Below, one piece after another: positions 36,501 through 49,749 of a stretch of 64,000 nt of DNA. The translations under genes were made by a program, and so were the position numbers. The stretch spans positions 10,168,001 through 10,232,000 of the forward strand of contig CM120649.1 of assembly GCA_051362555.1 (NCBI GenBank), read 5' to 3'. Numbering within the stretch: the stretch's first letter is position 1; every line of letters begins with the position of its first letter. Under the pieces are notes generated by a model. The model was not told the DNA's origin. It did not search any database and was given only the letters and a program-made list of their open reading frames with translations. The stretch is from Lingula anatina. Taxonomy: Eukaryota > Animalia > Brachiopoda.

Positions 36501-39500
36501 GATGCTAAACAACAATAAAAGTGTGTTAAAAGCTGATCAGTTGTCAGTGTCAAATGAAAAGTGTTCTTTGGGGCAATATATTTTGGAAAACAAAAAACTA
36601 CCACAAAAACACTGGCAAATTCCATGGCTCAAAATAGTTAAACGTTAATAATTTTGTCAAATCTTGTCCAATACTTATGAAATTTGCACAAAAGATGCTA
36701 AACAACAATAAAAATCTGTGATAAGCTAATCAGTTGACTGTGTTTTTTTAAGTGCCAAGTTTATTGAAAATTGATAATAAGAAATGTGAGAATTGACCAA
36801 AACAAATATTTCAATATTGCAATGTATTATTTGCTATCAAAGAAAACAGCAAATGTGATGATTTGAGTTTGTTTGTGTAGGAGGTTGCAAGTTTATTACA
36901 GCTGTCGTCTGGAAAACAATATATACCCATACAAGACTCCTCCTTACTATCAATGTCAGATGCAGATTACTCCTTACAATGGGTTTCTGGAATGGATTGT
37001 TGTTAGCACAATATTTGACAATGTCCCAAATCTTGCCACATGTCATGTATTGTACACATGGATAAGACATAGTTCTGCTCTTGCTGCTGTCTTTCACTGC
37101 CTGCTTTTTCATGGTAAGGGTACTCTGGAAAGAAAGAACAATAAACTTCAGAAAACTAGAAATTACATTGAAAAAACTGGCAAAACCCATGACTTAAAAT
37201 AGTTAAACGCTAAAAATTTTGCCAAATCTCGTCCAATGTTTCTGAAATCTGTACAAATGATGCTTGACAACAATAAAAGTCTCTGAAAAGCTGATCAGTT
37301 GTCAATGTCAAATGAAAAGTGTTCTTTGGGGCAATATATTTTGGAAAACAGAAAACTACCACAAAAACACTGGCAAATTCCATGGCTCAAAATAGTTAAA
37401 CGTTAATAATTTTGTCAAATCTTGTCCAATACTTCTGAAATTTGCACAAAAGATGCTTAACAACAATAAAATTCTGTGATAAGCTTATCAGTTGACTGTG
37501 TTTTTTTAAGTGCCCAGTTTATTGGAAATTGATAATCAGAAGTGTGAGATTTGACCAAAAGAAATATTTCAATATTGCAATGTATTATTCGCTATCAAAG
37601 AAAACAGCAAATGTGATGATTTGAGTTTGTTTGTGTAGGAGGTTGCAAGTTACCTATAGCTGTCATCTGGAAAACAATAAACAATATATACCCACACAAG
37701 ACTCCTCCTTACTATCAATGTCAGATGCAGATTACTCCTCACAATGGGTTTCTGGAATGGATTGTTGTTAGCACAATATTTGACAATGTCCTAAATCTTG
37801 CCACATGTCATGTATTGTACACATGGATAAGACATAGTTCTGCTCTTGCTGCTGTCTTTCACTGCCTGCTTTTTCATGGTAAGGGTACTCTGGAAAGAAA
37901 GAACAATAAACTTCAGAAAACTGAAAATTACATTGAAAAAACTGGCAAAACCCATGACTTAAAATAGTTAAACGCTAATATCCAAATCTCGTCCAATGTT
38001 TCTGAAATCTGTACAAATGATGCTTGACATCAATGAAAATCTGTGATAATCTGATCAGTTGACTGTGTGTCTAATGAAAAGTATTTTCTATGGACGATAT
38101 ATTTGAGAAAAATGAAAATTAAACTGAAAACACTGGCAAATTCCATGACTTAAAATAGTTAAATGTTAATAATTTTGACAAATCTTGTCCAATGTTTCTG
38201 AAATTTGCACAAATGATGCCTAACAACAATAAAAATCGGTGATAAGCTGATCAGTTGACTGTGTGTCTAATGAAAAGTATTTTCTATGGACAATATATTT
38301 GAGAAAAATAAAAATTAAATTGAAAACACTGGCAAATTCCATGACTTAAAATAGTTAAATGTTAATAATTTTGACAGATCTTGTCCAATGTTTCTGAAAT
38401 TTGCACAAATGATGCTTAACAACAATAAAAATCGGTGATAATCTGATCAGTTGACTGTGTGTCTAATGAAAAGTATTTTCTATGGACAATATATTTGAGA
38501 AAAATGAAAATTAAATTGAAAACACTGGCAAATTTCACGACTTAAAATAGTTAAACGTTAATAATTTTGTCAAATCTCATACAATGTTTCTAAAATCTGT
38601 ACAAATGATGCTTAACAACAATAAAAGTCTGTGATAAGCTAATCAGTTGACTGTGATTTTTTAAGTGCCAAGTATATTGGAAATTGATAATCAGAAGTGT
38701 GAGAATTGACCAAAACAAATATTTCAATATTGCAATGTATTATTTACTCTAAAACAAAACAAAAAAAACCCCACTAAATGTGATTATTTGACTTTGTTTG
38801 TGTAGGAGGTTGCAAGTTACCTATAGCTGTCATCTGGAAAACAATAAACAATATATACCCACACAAGACTCCTCCTTACTATCAATGTCAGATGAAGATT
38901 ACTCCTCACAATGGGTTTCTGGAATGGGTTGTTGTTAGCACAATATTTGACAATGTCCTAAATCTTGACACATGTCATGTATTGTACACATGGATTAGAC
39001 ATAGTGCTGCTCTTGCTGCTGTCTTTCACTGCCTCCTTTTTCATGGTAAGGGTACTCTAGAAAGAAAGAATAATAAACTTCAGAAAACTGAAAATTACAC
39101 TGAAAAAACTGGCAAACCCCATGACTTAAAATAGTTAAACGTTAATAATTTTGTCAAATCTTGTCCAATGTTTCTGAAATTTGCACAAATGATGCTTAAT
39201 GACAATAAAAATCTGTGATAAGCTAATCAGTTGACTGTGTCTAACGAAAAGTATTTTCTTTGGACAATATTTTAGAGAAAACTAAAAATTACACTGAAAA
39301 TAAGTTGGCAGATTCCATGATTTAAATTGTAAAACGTTAATAATTTTGTCACATAGTTCTTCTCTTGATGCTGTCTTTCACTGCCTGCTTTTTTATGGTA
39401 AGGGTACTCTGGAAAGAAAGAACAATAAACTTCAGAAAACTGAAAATTACACTGAAAAAAAAACTGGGAAATTCCATGACTTAAAATAGTTAAATGTTAA

Positions 39501-40783
39501 TAATTTTGACAAGTCTTGTCCAATGTTTCTGAAATTTGCACAAATGATGCTTAATAACAATAAAAATCTGTGATAAGCTAATCAGTTGAATGTGTCTAAC
39601 GAAAAGTATTTTCTTAGGACAATATTTTAGAGAAAACTAAAAACTACACTGAAAATAAGTTGGCAGATTCCATGACTTAAAATAGTAAAACGTTAATCAT
39701 TTTGTCAAATCTCATTCAATGTTTCTAAAATCTGTACAAATGATGCTTAACAACAATAAAAGTCTGTGATAAGCTGATCAGTTGTTAGTGTCAAATGAAA
39801 ATTGTTCTTTGGGGCAATATATTTCGGAAAACGGAAAACTACCTTAAAAACACTGGCAAATTCCATGGCTCAAAATAGTTAAACGTTAATAATTTTGTCA
39901 AATCTTGTCAAATACTTCTGAAATTTGCACAAATGATGCTTAACAACAATAAAAATCTGTGTTACGCTGATCAGTTGACTGTGTCTAACGAAAAGTATTT
40001 TCTTCGGATGATATATTAGAGAAAACTCAAAATTACACTGAAAATAAGTTGGCAAAATCCATGACTTAAAATAGTTAAACGTAAATAGTTTTGTCAAATC
40101 TCATCCAATGTTTCTAAAATCTGTACAAATGATGCTTAACAAAAATAAAAGTCTGTGATAAGCTGATCAGTTGTCAATGTCAAATGAAATGTGTTCTTTG
40201 GGGCAATATATTTCGGGAAACAGAAAACTACCACAAAAACACTGGAATATTCCACTGGAATATTCCATGGTGCAAAATAGTTAAACGTTACTAATTTGGT
40301 CAAATCTTGTCCAATACTTCTGAAATTTGCACAAAATATGCTTAACAACAATAAAAATCTGTGATAAGCTAATCAGTTGACTGTGTTTTTTTAAGTGCCA
40401 AGTTTATTGGAAATTGATAATCAGAAGTGTGGGTTTGACCAAAACAAATATTGCAATATTGCAATGTATTATTTACTATCAAAGAAAAAAGCAAATGTGA
40501 TGATTTGAATTTGTTTGTGAAGGAGGTTGCAAGTTACCTACAGATGTCATCTGGAAAACAATATATACCCATACAAGACTCCTCCTTACTATCAATGTCA
40601 GATGCAGATTACTCCTCACAATGGGTTTCTGGAATGGGTTGTTGTTAGCACAATATTTGACAATGTCCTAAATCTTGACACATGTCATGTATTGTACACA
40701 TGGATTAGACACAGTGCTGCTCTTGCTGCTGTCTTTCACTGCCTCCTTTTTCATGGTAAGGGTACTCTAGAAAGAAAGAATAA
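33547..40783 (+). repeat. Satellite array with higher-order structure
   Basis: ggcaaatt motif at 34301, 34494, 34690, 34885, 35078 (period 193-196); ~370 bp spacer every 1-6 monomers; a 1536-bp block is duplicated (ORFs 34674/36210 and 35301/36837). Confidence 0.95.
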
Positions 40784-42684
40784 CTAGAGGATCAGAGAGG
40801 CGATACCGCCTCTGGATATTGTACCACCAGCTGGAGTAAGCGCATTGGTATGGACCCTCCCCCCCCAAAAAAAAAAAAATTGAACACCACCACCAGTCTT
40901 GTGTTTGACAAAATGCAATAAACAAGAGTTCTCAAAATATGCAACAAGAAAAAAAAAATCGAAAAAACAGTTAAAATGGTCCAATCAAGGAGATGTTCAA
41001 ATTGACCTGTATTTTCCTAACACTGATCACTCCTGTGATTTTCAAGACAATAGGCCTATTGGTTTTCCTTGAAATGCATTATCAGTATTGCATATACCGG
41101 TATGCTGACAAAAGAGAAAACCTAGGGACAACACTGGGCAGATCTCTGCTAGTTTTGAAGATATGAAGGGAAAGAAAATATGCAGAGTTCAGTTTGTGGT
41201 AAAAAAGTTGGTCAAAGGTCAATTTCAAGGTCACAGCATATGACTTCCTGTATAAGTTCAATAGTAGCTATGGGCATTTCTTTGCCAATGTTGGAGATAT
41301 GAAGGCCAGGAAACATGCAAAGTGTAGTTCATCATAAATAGTAAGTCAAAGGTCAATTTCAAGGTCACAGTAAGATTGCCAGTATATGACTTCCTATTCA
41401 AGTTCAATAGTAACTTTGGACCTATCTCTGCCAGTTTTTGAGATATAAGGGATAGAAAATTTGCAAAGTTCAGTTCGTGTTGAAAAGTAGGTCAAAGGTC
41501 AATTTCAAGGTCACAATAAGAATGCCAGTATATGACTTCCTATTCAAGTTTAACAGTAACTATGGGTGTATCTCTGCCAGTTTTGGAGATATAAGGGCTG
41601 GGAAATTTGCAAAGTTCAGTTCATGGTGAAAAGTAGGTCAAAGGTCAATTTAAAGGTCACAGTTAGATTACTTGTATATAACTTCCTATTCAAGTTCAAT
41701 AGTAACTATGGGCGTATCTTTGCCAGTTTTGGAGATATAAAGATCAGAAAACTTCAAAGTGCAGTTCATCATGAAAAGTAGGTCAAAGGTCAATTTCAAG
41801 GTCACAGTTAGATTACCAGTATATGACTTCCTATTGAAGTTCAATAGTAACTATGGGCATATCTCTGCTAATTTTGAAATATTTTACATTTTACCCACTG
41901 AATATTGCAATGTTGTAATTTTTGATATAGCGCAATGCCTAAACCATATCGAAAACAAAAAAATGGACATCACCCCCAGTATTGCACTTGACAAGTTCTA
42001 CAAAATGCGATGAACAAAAGGTCTCTGGCATTTACCATTCCAGAATAAAAGCAAGTTTTCAGTTTCGGTATCTAATGGCTGCTTCTCCTGTGAAATTGCA
42101 CCGATTGACCCATAACTCCCAAAGATGAAAGGAGTCCCCAATTGTAACCTCTCACTATAACAGGAGAGCTTAGATCTGTGTAGTTTCCAAAAAATAGCAC
42201 AAACAAATATTTTTTGGCAGAAAATTCCCATTTTTAGAAAATTTTGGCTTGTTTGACCTTGAAAAAAAGGTCAAAAGTCAAATCCAATGGCATATTTGGA
42301 ATCTCCACATATGCCTTTCGGTCAGACTTCTGTAGTAATTTTTCCCATAATTCCTTTGGATTGGGAGATATTTAGCCTTGAATTTTCAAAAATTTTGACA
42401 AGGGTGCGTTTCAACAAGTGTCATGCCCAGGCCAATGCACCGACAGAGACAAAAAAAACAGGGTGTTCAAGTTGAGATTATATGTGACCTAAATCCAAGA
42501 GATGGGGACACAGGTCCTGGCGGTCTAGGAGGAGAAGCGGTAACGGTGACTTGTTTCCGGCGCCCGACTGCGGAGCCGCATGAGCCGGCGGAGCCGCAGG
42601 AGCCGACGGAGCCGGCGGAGCTGTACGAGACGGGTCGGGACTAAAACCATGAGTACCGCCAGCGTATACGCTGGTGGTACTAAT
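40784..42684 (-). mobile_element. Helentron-associated non-autonomous element (HINE-like), family 2, complete
   Basis: 5' hairpin GTACCGCCAGCGTATACGCTGGTGGTAC (42652-42680), GC-rich ggagccg microsatellite (42570-42622), five ~146 bp core repeats (41130-41880), subterminal inverted repeat GTACCACCAGC (~40821) and 3' hairpin AGAGGCGATACCGCCTCT; inserted at AA/TT in the spacer sequence aagaataataaacttcag without TSD. Confidence 0.85.
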
Positions 42685-42943
42685 TAACTTCAGAAAACTG
42701 AAAATTACACTGAAAAAACTGGCAAACCCCATGACTTAAAATAGTTAAACGTTAATAATTTTGTCAAATCTTGTCCAATACTTCTGATATTTTAACAAAT
42801 GATGCTTAACAGCAATAAAAATCTGTGATAATCTGATCAGTTGACTGTGTGTCTAACCAAAAGTATTTTCTATGGACAATATATTAGAGAAAACTCAATA
42901 TTGCCCTGAAAATAAGTTGGCAAATTTCATGACCATGAATAGT
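42685..42943 (+). repeat. Satellite (spacer end plus one monomer)
   Basis: Resumes at the position interrupted at 40783. Confidence 0.9.
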
Positions 42944-43527
42944 TATAGTCCTGTGCCTCCTAGTACAGTGAAGTAGTCATGACTCATTGTGCTCCATTGT
43001 GGCAGTAGTCCTGTGCCTCCTAGTACAGCGTAGTAGTCTGGAGTCATTGTATTCCATTGTGGCAGTATAGTTCTGTGTCTCCTAGTACAGTGTAGTAGTC
43101 TGGAGTCATTGTATTCCATTGTGTCAGTATAGTCCTGTGTCTCCTAGTACAGTGTAGTAGTCTGGAGTCATTGTATTCCATTGTGGCAGTATAGTTCTGT
43201 GTCTCCTAGTACAGTGTAGTAGTCTGGAGTCATTGTATTCCATTGTGTCAGTATAGTCCTGTGTCTCCTAGTACAGTGTAGTAGTCTGGAGTTATTGTAT
43301 TCCATTGTGTCAGTATAGTCCTGTGCCTCCTAGTATAGTGTAGTAGTCTGGAGTCATTGTGTTCCATTGTGTCAGTATAGTCCTGTGTCTCCTAGTACAG
43401 TGTAGTAGTCTGGAGTCATTGTATTCCATTGTGTCAGTATAGTCCTGTCTCCTAGTACAGTGTAGTCTGGAGTCATTGTATTACATTGTGGCAGTACAGT
43501 CCTATGTCTCTTAGTACAGTGTAGTAG
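42944..43527. repeat. 62-bp minisatellite (~9.5 units)
   Basis: Same unit as 1270-1827. Confidence 0.95.
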
Positions 43528-43994
43528 ACTAAAGTCAGATGATGGACTGGAAGAGATAAAAAACTCAGTGGTCAGGAATTTTCCACAAAAAGTTCCAGAG
43601 TGTGAGAGTATTGACAATTTATTACTTTCGTTCAACAAAAAAAAAACGTGAATGAATGTGTAAAAAAAATTATCTTACAAAATAAAGTGTTGTTGTTGGT
43701 TACAGCCGAGGCATACACTACTATACTAGTGCTGGTAATACAGAAGACAGGTGGATTTCCTGTCGTCACTGAAACTCGGGATGGTAGTGCTAATACATGT
43801 TAGTGATGGCAGAAACTAAAAGACAGAAAACCAGTACAACAGAACAGCAGAACAGACTAAAATGCGGAATACAGTAAAAAGTGGAACGTGTATCAAATAC
43901 ATTGTGGAACAAGGGAATATTATTTATGTGATGCTAAAAGAAAAACAAGACAAATATAAATATATTGAGTTATTACTATTATTATTGTTGTCTG

Positions 43995-45577
43995 CTTTTT
44001 GTGCACTTTGTATAATACATGTCATCTTGTTTTAAGGCGGTGTCTGTTGCGCCTTTACATAGAGGATGGTATTCTTTATTGCAACCGTCATAAATGACAT
44101 ACAGGGTGTGTGTATCTGGCAGCTGGCATTCACAGTAGAAATTGACCGCGACTGAGTTTTTTTCACACGATTTTTAATTTTACGCCTGCTTGTAATAGGA
44201 AAAAGCAATAGATGACGTCTTTTTTAACAAAAAAATAAATGTGAACCAAGTTTTTTGTGGTCATACTTCATGGTTGTTGGATCTTTGCCGTTTGCCAATG
44301 TAACCATATTCGCTATGACGTACAAACCGCAATTGTAGTTTACTAGTTGTTATTTTGTTGGGTTACCGCAAAACGATAATTTGTAGAGTTATTGACGATA
44401 TGCCATGGTGCTATCAATGTCGCAATGCACATTTGTTCCATGGTTGGAATGTCACTGAAAGAAGAATCGCATATATTCAGCGTAAATGGGACACACCCCT
44501 ATGTTTGAAACTGTGAGCCAATGTGTTCCGCGGTCTGGTGTTTGGTTTATTATTTGGATAAATCTTTTTTTGTGACGCTTGAAATCTAACTGTACTGCCA
44601 GTGAACATGACTAGAGTCCTTCTGGAAGCAGGAATTGGTGTTTAATGTTATATCATGACAAGCGTCGATTATCGTTCCATTCAGCCAACCACAAGGGTCA
44701 GTGATTATATCGCGGTCTCTGATGTTCAAATTTTCATTAATAATATTCCTATCAGCCGGGATTGACACTTCTCCGCTGTAGCTGATGTCCCATCCATTAA
44801 AGTGAGTAAAGTGTTCCATTCCGTGGCCGTTGTCTGTATGTTCCGTTCCGTAGCTGCTGTCAGACTATTCCGTGTCCCGAGTAGAGTGTTCTGTTCCGCA
44901 CAATCGGTGGGGGCTTCTTTCCACCCTTGTATGTCACGAAGCAGCCACTTAAACTCTTCTTACTGATTGGTTCTTATTCTGATATCATCGACAAAATATT
45001 TCATAATACTGGGGGCCAATTTTGTTCGCAACATTGTAGTATGATAGAATAGTTGTCTTCAGTCTGGGAAAAGAGCATATAGGTCGTTGATGATTATGTT
45101 CCGGGTATTTACAAGAACCCCGTCGGCGATCATTTTGCGTTGGAACTCTTCAGATGACTCAAGAAGAACAATAGGAAATTGTATTTATAAAAGAAGACAC
45201 AACGTCAGTTGTGCTCTGATTTATAATCATCTCACCTGCCATCGCAAAATGTTGCATCATTACAGATGAAAAAGTTAAAGTGGATGACGGCATTCAATCT
45301 CGTCTGTTTTCCAAAAGCACTTATTATCTGCAGCCAAGTCCATATATCATGCTATCGTCACATTGTGACAAGCACATTGCATCGTGATGTGAACAGTGAA
45401 CAACTGACACAGTCGATATCACATACGTATCCTTCATTTCAAATGTTTTATCTTGATGACGTTTTGCAATCATGGCAGAATTACCATTTAAGAATGCCCT
45501 GACTGAAGATGACACCCAGTGTACAGAAAGTTGGATGAAATTTTCGGTTTTTCATCATCACCTTTCGCTGACGCCAT
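43995..45577 (-). pseudogene. Decayed Ginger-like Ulp1 + PHD coding region, copy 2
   Basis: Paralog of 2295-3873 with most disabling stops shared (e.g. after HWQYS at 44586). Confidence 0.72.
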
Positions 45578-46144
45578 GTTAACATTGAGTATAGATGGCG
45601 CTGTGCAAGAGGTGAGACTTGTGGTTTGCACCATAGACCCCAACCGATATCAGTCAGAGGTTAATCGCCTGCCCCCTAAAAAAACCGTGCAAGGATGGGG
45701 GCATAAGCATCTTACACAGGATAACCAGGCTCTAGTTGTGTGTGATATAGTGTGATTTGTAAAGCAGAGAGAGTCACGTCGAGACCGTCAAAATAGCGCC
45801 ATTCCTATTGGTTTAAAGTTAAGGAACAATACAGGAGCTGTCCAATCAAATTTCTTTATACAGTAATTATTCCTGTTTATTGTTTTAGTAAACAAAGCAA
45901 AGATATAATTTTGCACAGTAGCTGGTAAATTAAATTTTTGTTCAAAATTGACCATGAAAGTTTGTATCCAAGTTTTTTATATGATAAATTTATTCTAAAT
46001 GAAATTTTGGAGAATTTCCTGTTACACAACGTCAATTTTTTGCTGATAATCCCAATATAATGGAGTGTATCACTACAAAAGAAAGATGCAACTGAAATCT
46101 GTTATTGGAACATGTTAAAGTATGATTTGATTTATTTATTGCAG

Positions 46145-48310
46145 ATGTCAGTTAATATGGATATTGAAAATAACAAAGAAGAGCAGTGTGCTCGTAAGTT
46201 GTGTGTGTGTGTGTATGTGTGCGTGCATGCACGAGAAGTTATTCATATATATAATCAGGCTGTACACTGTATGAGTCATAGACTGAGTTCCCATACCAAG
46301 ATCGATCTAACAGGGCCGATCCATCTCCAAGGGGTTTCTCCCAAAATTGCTTTCATCTTAAGCGTCTTAGATGTCTGCCACTCCTACTGAAGGTGCTAAA
46401 TGATCATTAATATCCCCCTAGCAGCTTCTGGCACACATCTAAGCTGCTTAAGTTGATTGCAATTTAGGGAGAAACCTCTTGGAGATGGATTGATCCTATA
46501 TAAGATAGATCTAGGTATGGGGACCAAGTCTAATACATGTTCTACCAAATCAATACATTGTCCTAAACTGCTTTTGCGTACTTTTCAATGTTCTTATATA
46601 AATGAAAAAGAAATTGACTTACTTATTCATAATAAGAATGCAATATATCCCTTTTTTATATTTAGTGAGTGATTTGAATGTCTGCAATTACAACATCAAA
46701 AAGATATATTGACAAGATTTCTTTCTATTTTCTGTTTCATTTTGAACAGCCATGGCCACTGTTCGAATAGTCCTAAAAGACAATATCTTAAAAGCCAAAG
46801 CAGTGGGCAGAGGAACTGCCCTTGGAACATGGGACACCCAACGTGGTGTAAACCTTGCTAGGTGCACCGAGTTAGGTGTCCCTGTTCTAAGGGCGGAAGT
46901 TCTTCTGCCCAAGGCTGCAAATATAGAGTGGAAGTTTGTTAGACCGCAAAACGTAAGTATATTATTAGGGTAGGGTAAATAATAACTTTTTTTTTTGGAA
47001 ATCTCTCAGGGAACATGTGATTTTAGAGGCAAAATGGGCCAAAAAGTTCATTTCTGATGAGAAATTTGAGCTAGGAGCATTCTTTAGGTCGGTAATTTTA
47101 CTATTTTTGAAAACGCATACAAAGCATATGCACTGCATATACAGTAACTGTAGTAATTATATGTATGTATATAATTGTATTGAAAATTGTTGAGTGAAGC
47201 ACACATTTTTAATAAGTGAATGTTTTATATGGCATAAAATGATGCTAAACACACATGTGCAACTATTTTTTTCTCACAACAGCCATTTAGGATGGTAAAA
47301 TGACAATTTTAAAATGGAGGACAAAATGCCCTGACAAGAGTTTCAACATCAACAATTAAAGGAACCTATGTTTTTATTATGCCTTTTCTTATGTTTTTAA
47401 GGTTGTAAAATTTTTATTCTTATGTTAACAATGCCATTGTTACATTTTAAATTGAGTTTGGTTACCTTGTTGGTTGATAGTTTACTATCAAGCTTAAAAG
47501 AAGAGCCAGATCTCAGTCAGTCAAAACGAGGAGTGATAAGATATCTGAAGTTCTGCTGGATGTGAATTATGTCTTCCGGCTTCATACATGTAAATCATGT
47601 AAAAATGTAAAAGTGTATCATCCATCCTATTGTAAAATATTTACTTTATGGTAAGGTTAATTTATTCTTCATTATGATTCCCTTCCAACAGATGTTGGGA
47701 AATCATATCACTCCTCATTTTGTTTGATCAAGATGACTGAGGTTGTTCATTTCCCCCATTATCGAAGTTTCTGGCTCTTCACTCTAGCTTGACAGTTAAC
47801 TGTCAGCTGACATTAACTGAACTCACTGTAAAATGTACCAATCTCAGTATTAACATCAGAAATAGATTCTACAACCCCAAAAACATAACAAAAGACATAT
47901 GACACACCATAATACCTTTAATTGTTGTTAATGAAGCTTTGGGTAGGCCGTTTTGGCTGCCATTTTGAAAATTGTCATTTTACCGGCCTTAATAATTTTT
48001 TTAGAAAAAAATGATTGTCAGATTTGTGTTCAGCATCCAATTTCGCCTCAGAAAACACCTGTTATGGAATTTTTTTGAGATTTACCATACCCTTATATTA
48101 TATTAATTTATTTGTAATGACAAATGAACTGAGATAAAAATAATTTTCCTTTTTATTGAAAAAGAAAATCTAAGTTCAACAAATTTAACTGTTCTTTTAG
48201 TTTCATTCATTTCTTGTAGATTACAATGTTTTTGATTAGTCAAATTTTAAATATATGTATCTTTTCATTTGGATTTTCTTTTTCATTTCAGGCATTAACT
48301 TATCTTCAAT

Positions 48311-48341
<31 letters not shown>

Positions 48342-49708
48342 TTAAGCCTTACCACCCTGGGTCTGGCTGGATATGGGAGCCTGAACCCTTTAGGAACAGG
48401 TGCCTCCAGGTGACCACCAAGGACAGCATGGAAGTGACCTGTACATGGGGAGAACTGGACATGGAAATAAAAGGTCTTATAATTCTATTAAATCTAACTA
48501 ATGGAAAGAAAAGGTGAATTAACATTATTATTCTATAAATGTAAGATATGGAAAGAAATGGTCCTTTAATTCTATCAAATGAAATTTAGACTATTTCATT
48601 CTCAGTGTCTATATCATAATTTGTGAATAACAAAAAATGTATGCATCTTATTCCAGAGTCTAACTACACATATGAACCTGAAGTCCACACCAGTGATAAG
48701 GAAATTGCAGGTAATAATTCAGTTGATTTTAGCAATTTACTTGGTGTGTTTGTTCATTCTCACTATTTGCAAGGAATCTTGAAGTAAAATTATCTATGTT
48801 TTTGACTACAAACACCTTAACTCTCAGGGTGCAAGTCTTGACCCTTGAAGCTGTTGATTACCAGGGACCATTCACAATGAATTTGGTCAATTTTGTCTAC
48901 CTAGCCAATGCGCACTTACTCCATGGAAACTTCAGAATGCAATCAGATTAATAAAAAAATATAACTGACTAACACATCCCCTCTTGTTTCTGACTTACCT
49001 GTAATTACATTACTACTGCCGTAAGGTAACATGTTAAGCTTAGATTCAATATAAATTGTATTCCCTTTCATTTTAATTATTCTGTTGCAGTTGATACCAA
49101 GGATGATAACAGAGTAAAGGCTCCTAACACTGAAGAGACAGGTAAGACAGAAATCTCAGTAAAATATTTATTATTTAAATACACATATGAAATGTACACA
49201 TGTGCACACTTGCACACACACACACTCTTTATTTTCAGAAAAATCCATGCTTTAACTTTGTAAAGATTGATCATGATTTGCACTCCTTTAAATTTGCTTC
49301 TGTTCTTTGAGTTGATACCAAAGACAAGAAATATGCAACAGTTGTTAAAACTCTAAGTATTGAGGAGATAGGCAAGACCGGAAACTCAGTAATGCACACG
49401 GTCCACACGCACTAACATGCACTCTCACACAGTACACACACACCACGTTGCTTATCCAAAGTCTTGTCTTTAGCATACTTAAGAAGATCTAAATTTATTT
49501 TAAGTGAGTTATGTCTTTGAATGTGTTTTCACCAATGTAATTCGATATTTGTGCCCAAATTCTGTTTGAACATGGATTTTGTTTCATTTGGTTTCCATTC
49601 CATATTTTTTGCTTCAGCCGACATTAAAGATGCAAACAGTGTGTCACTTGCTGAGGATATCAAGAAAAGAGGTAAGAAAGTTATGTCCATTTAAACACAC
49701 CCAAAAAG

Positions 49709-49749
<41 letters not shown>

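Noticed and set aside
34674-40351. Short ORFs inside satellite monomers
   Set aside because: Recur only because the satellite is repeated; interrupted in most copies.
42423-42644. GC-rich ORF with AEP repeats
   Set aside because: It is the microsatellite next to the 5' hairpin of HINE family 2.
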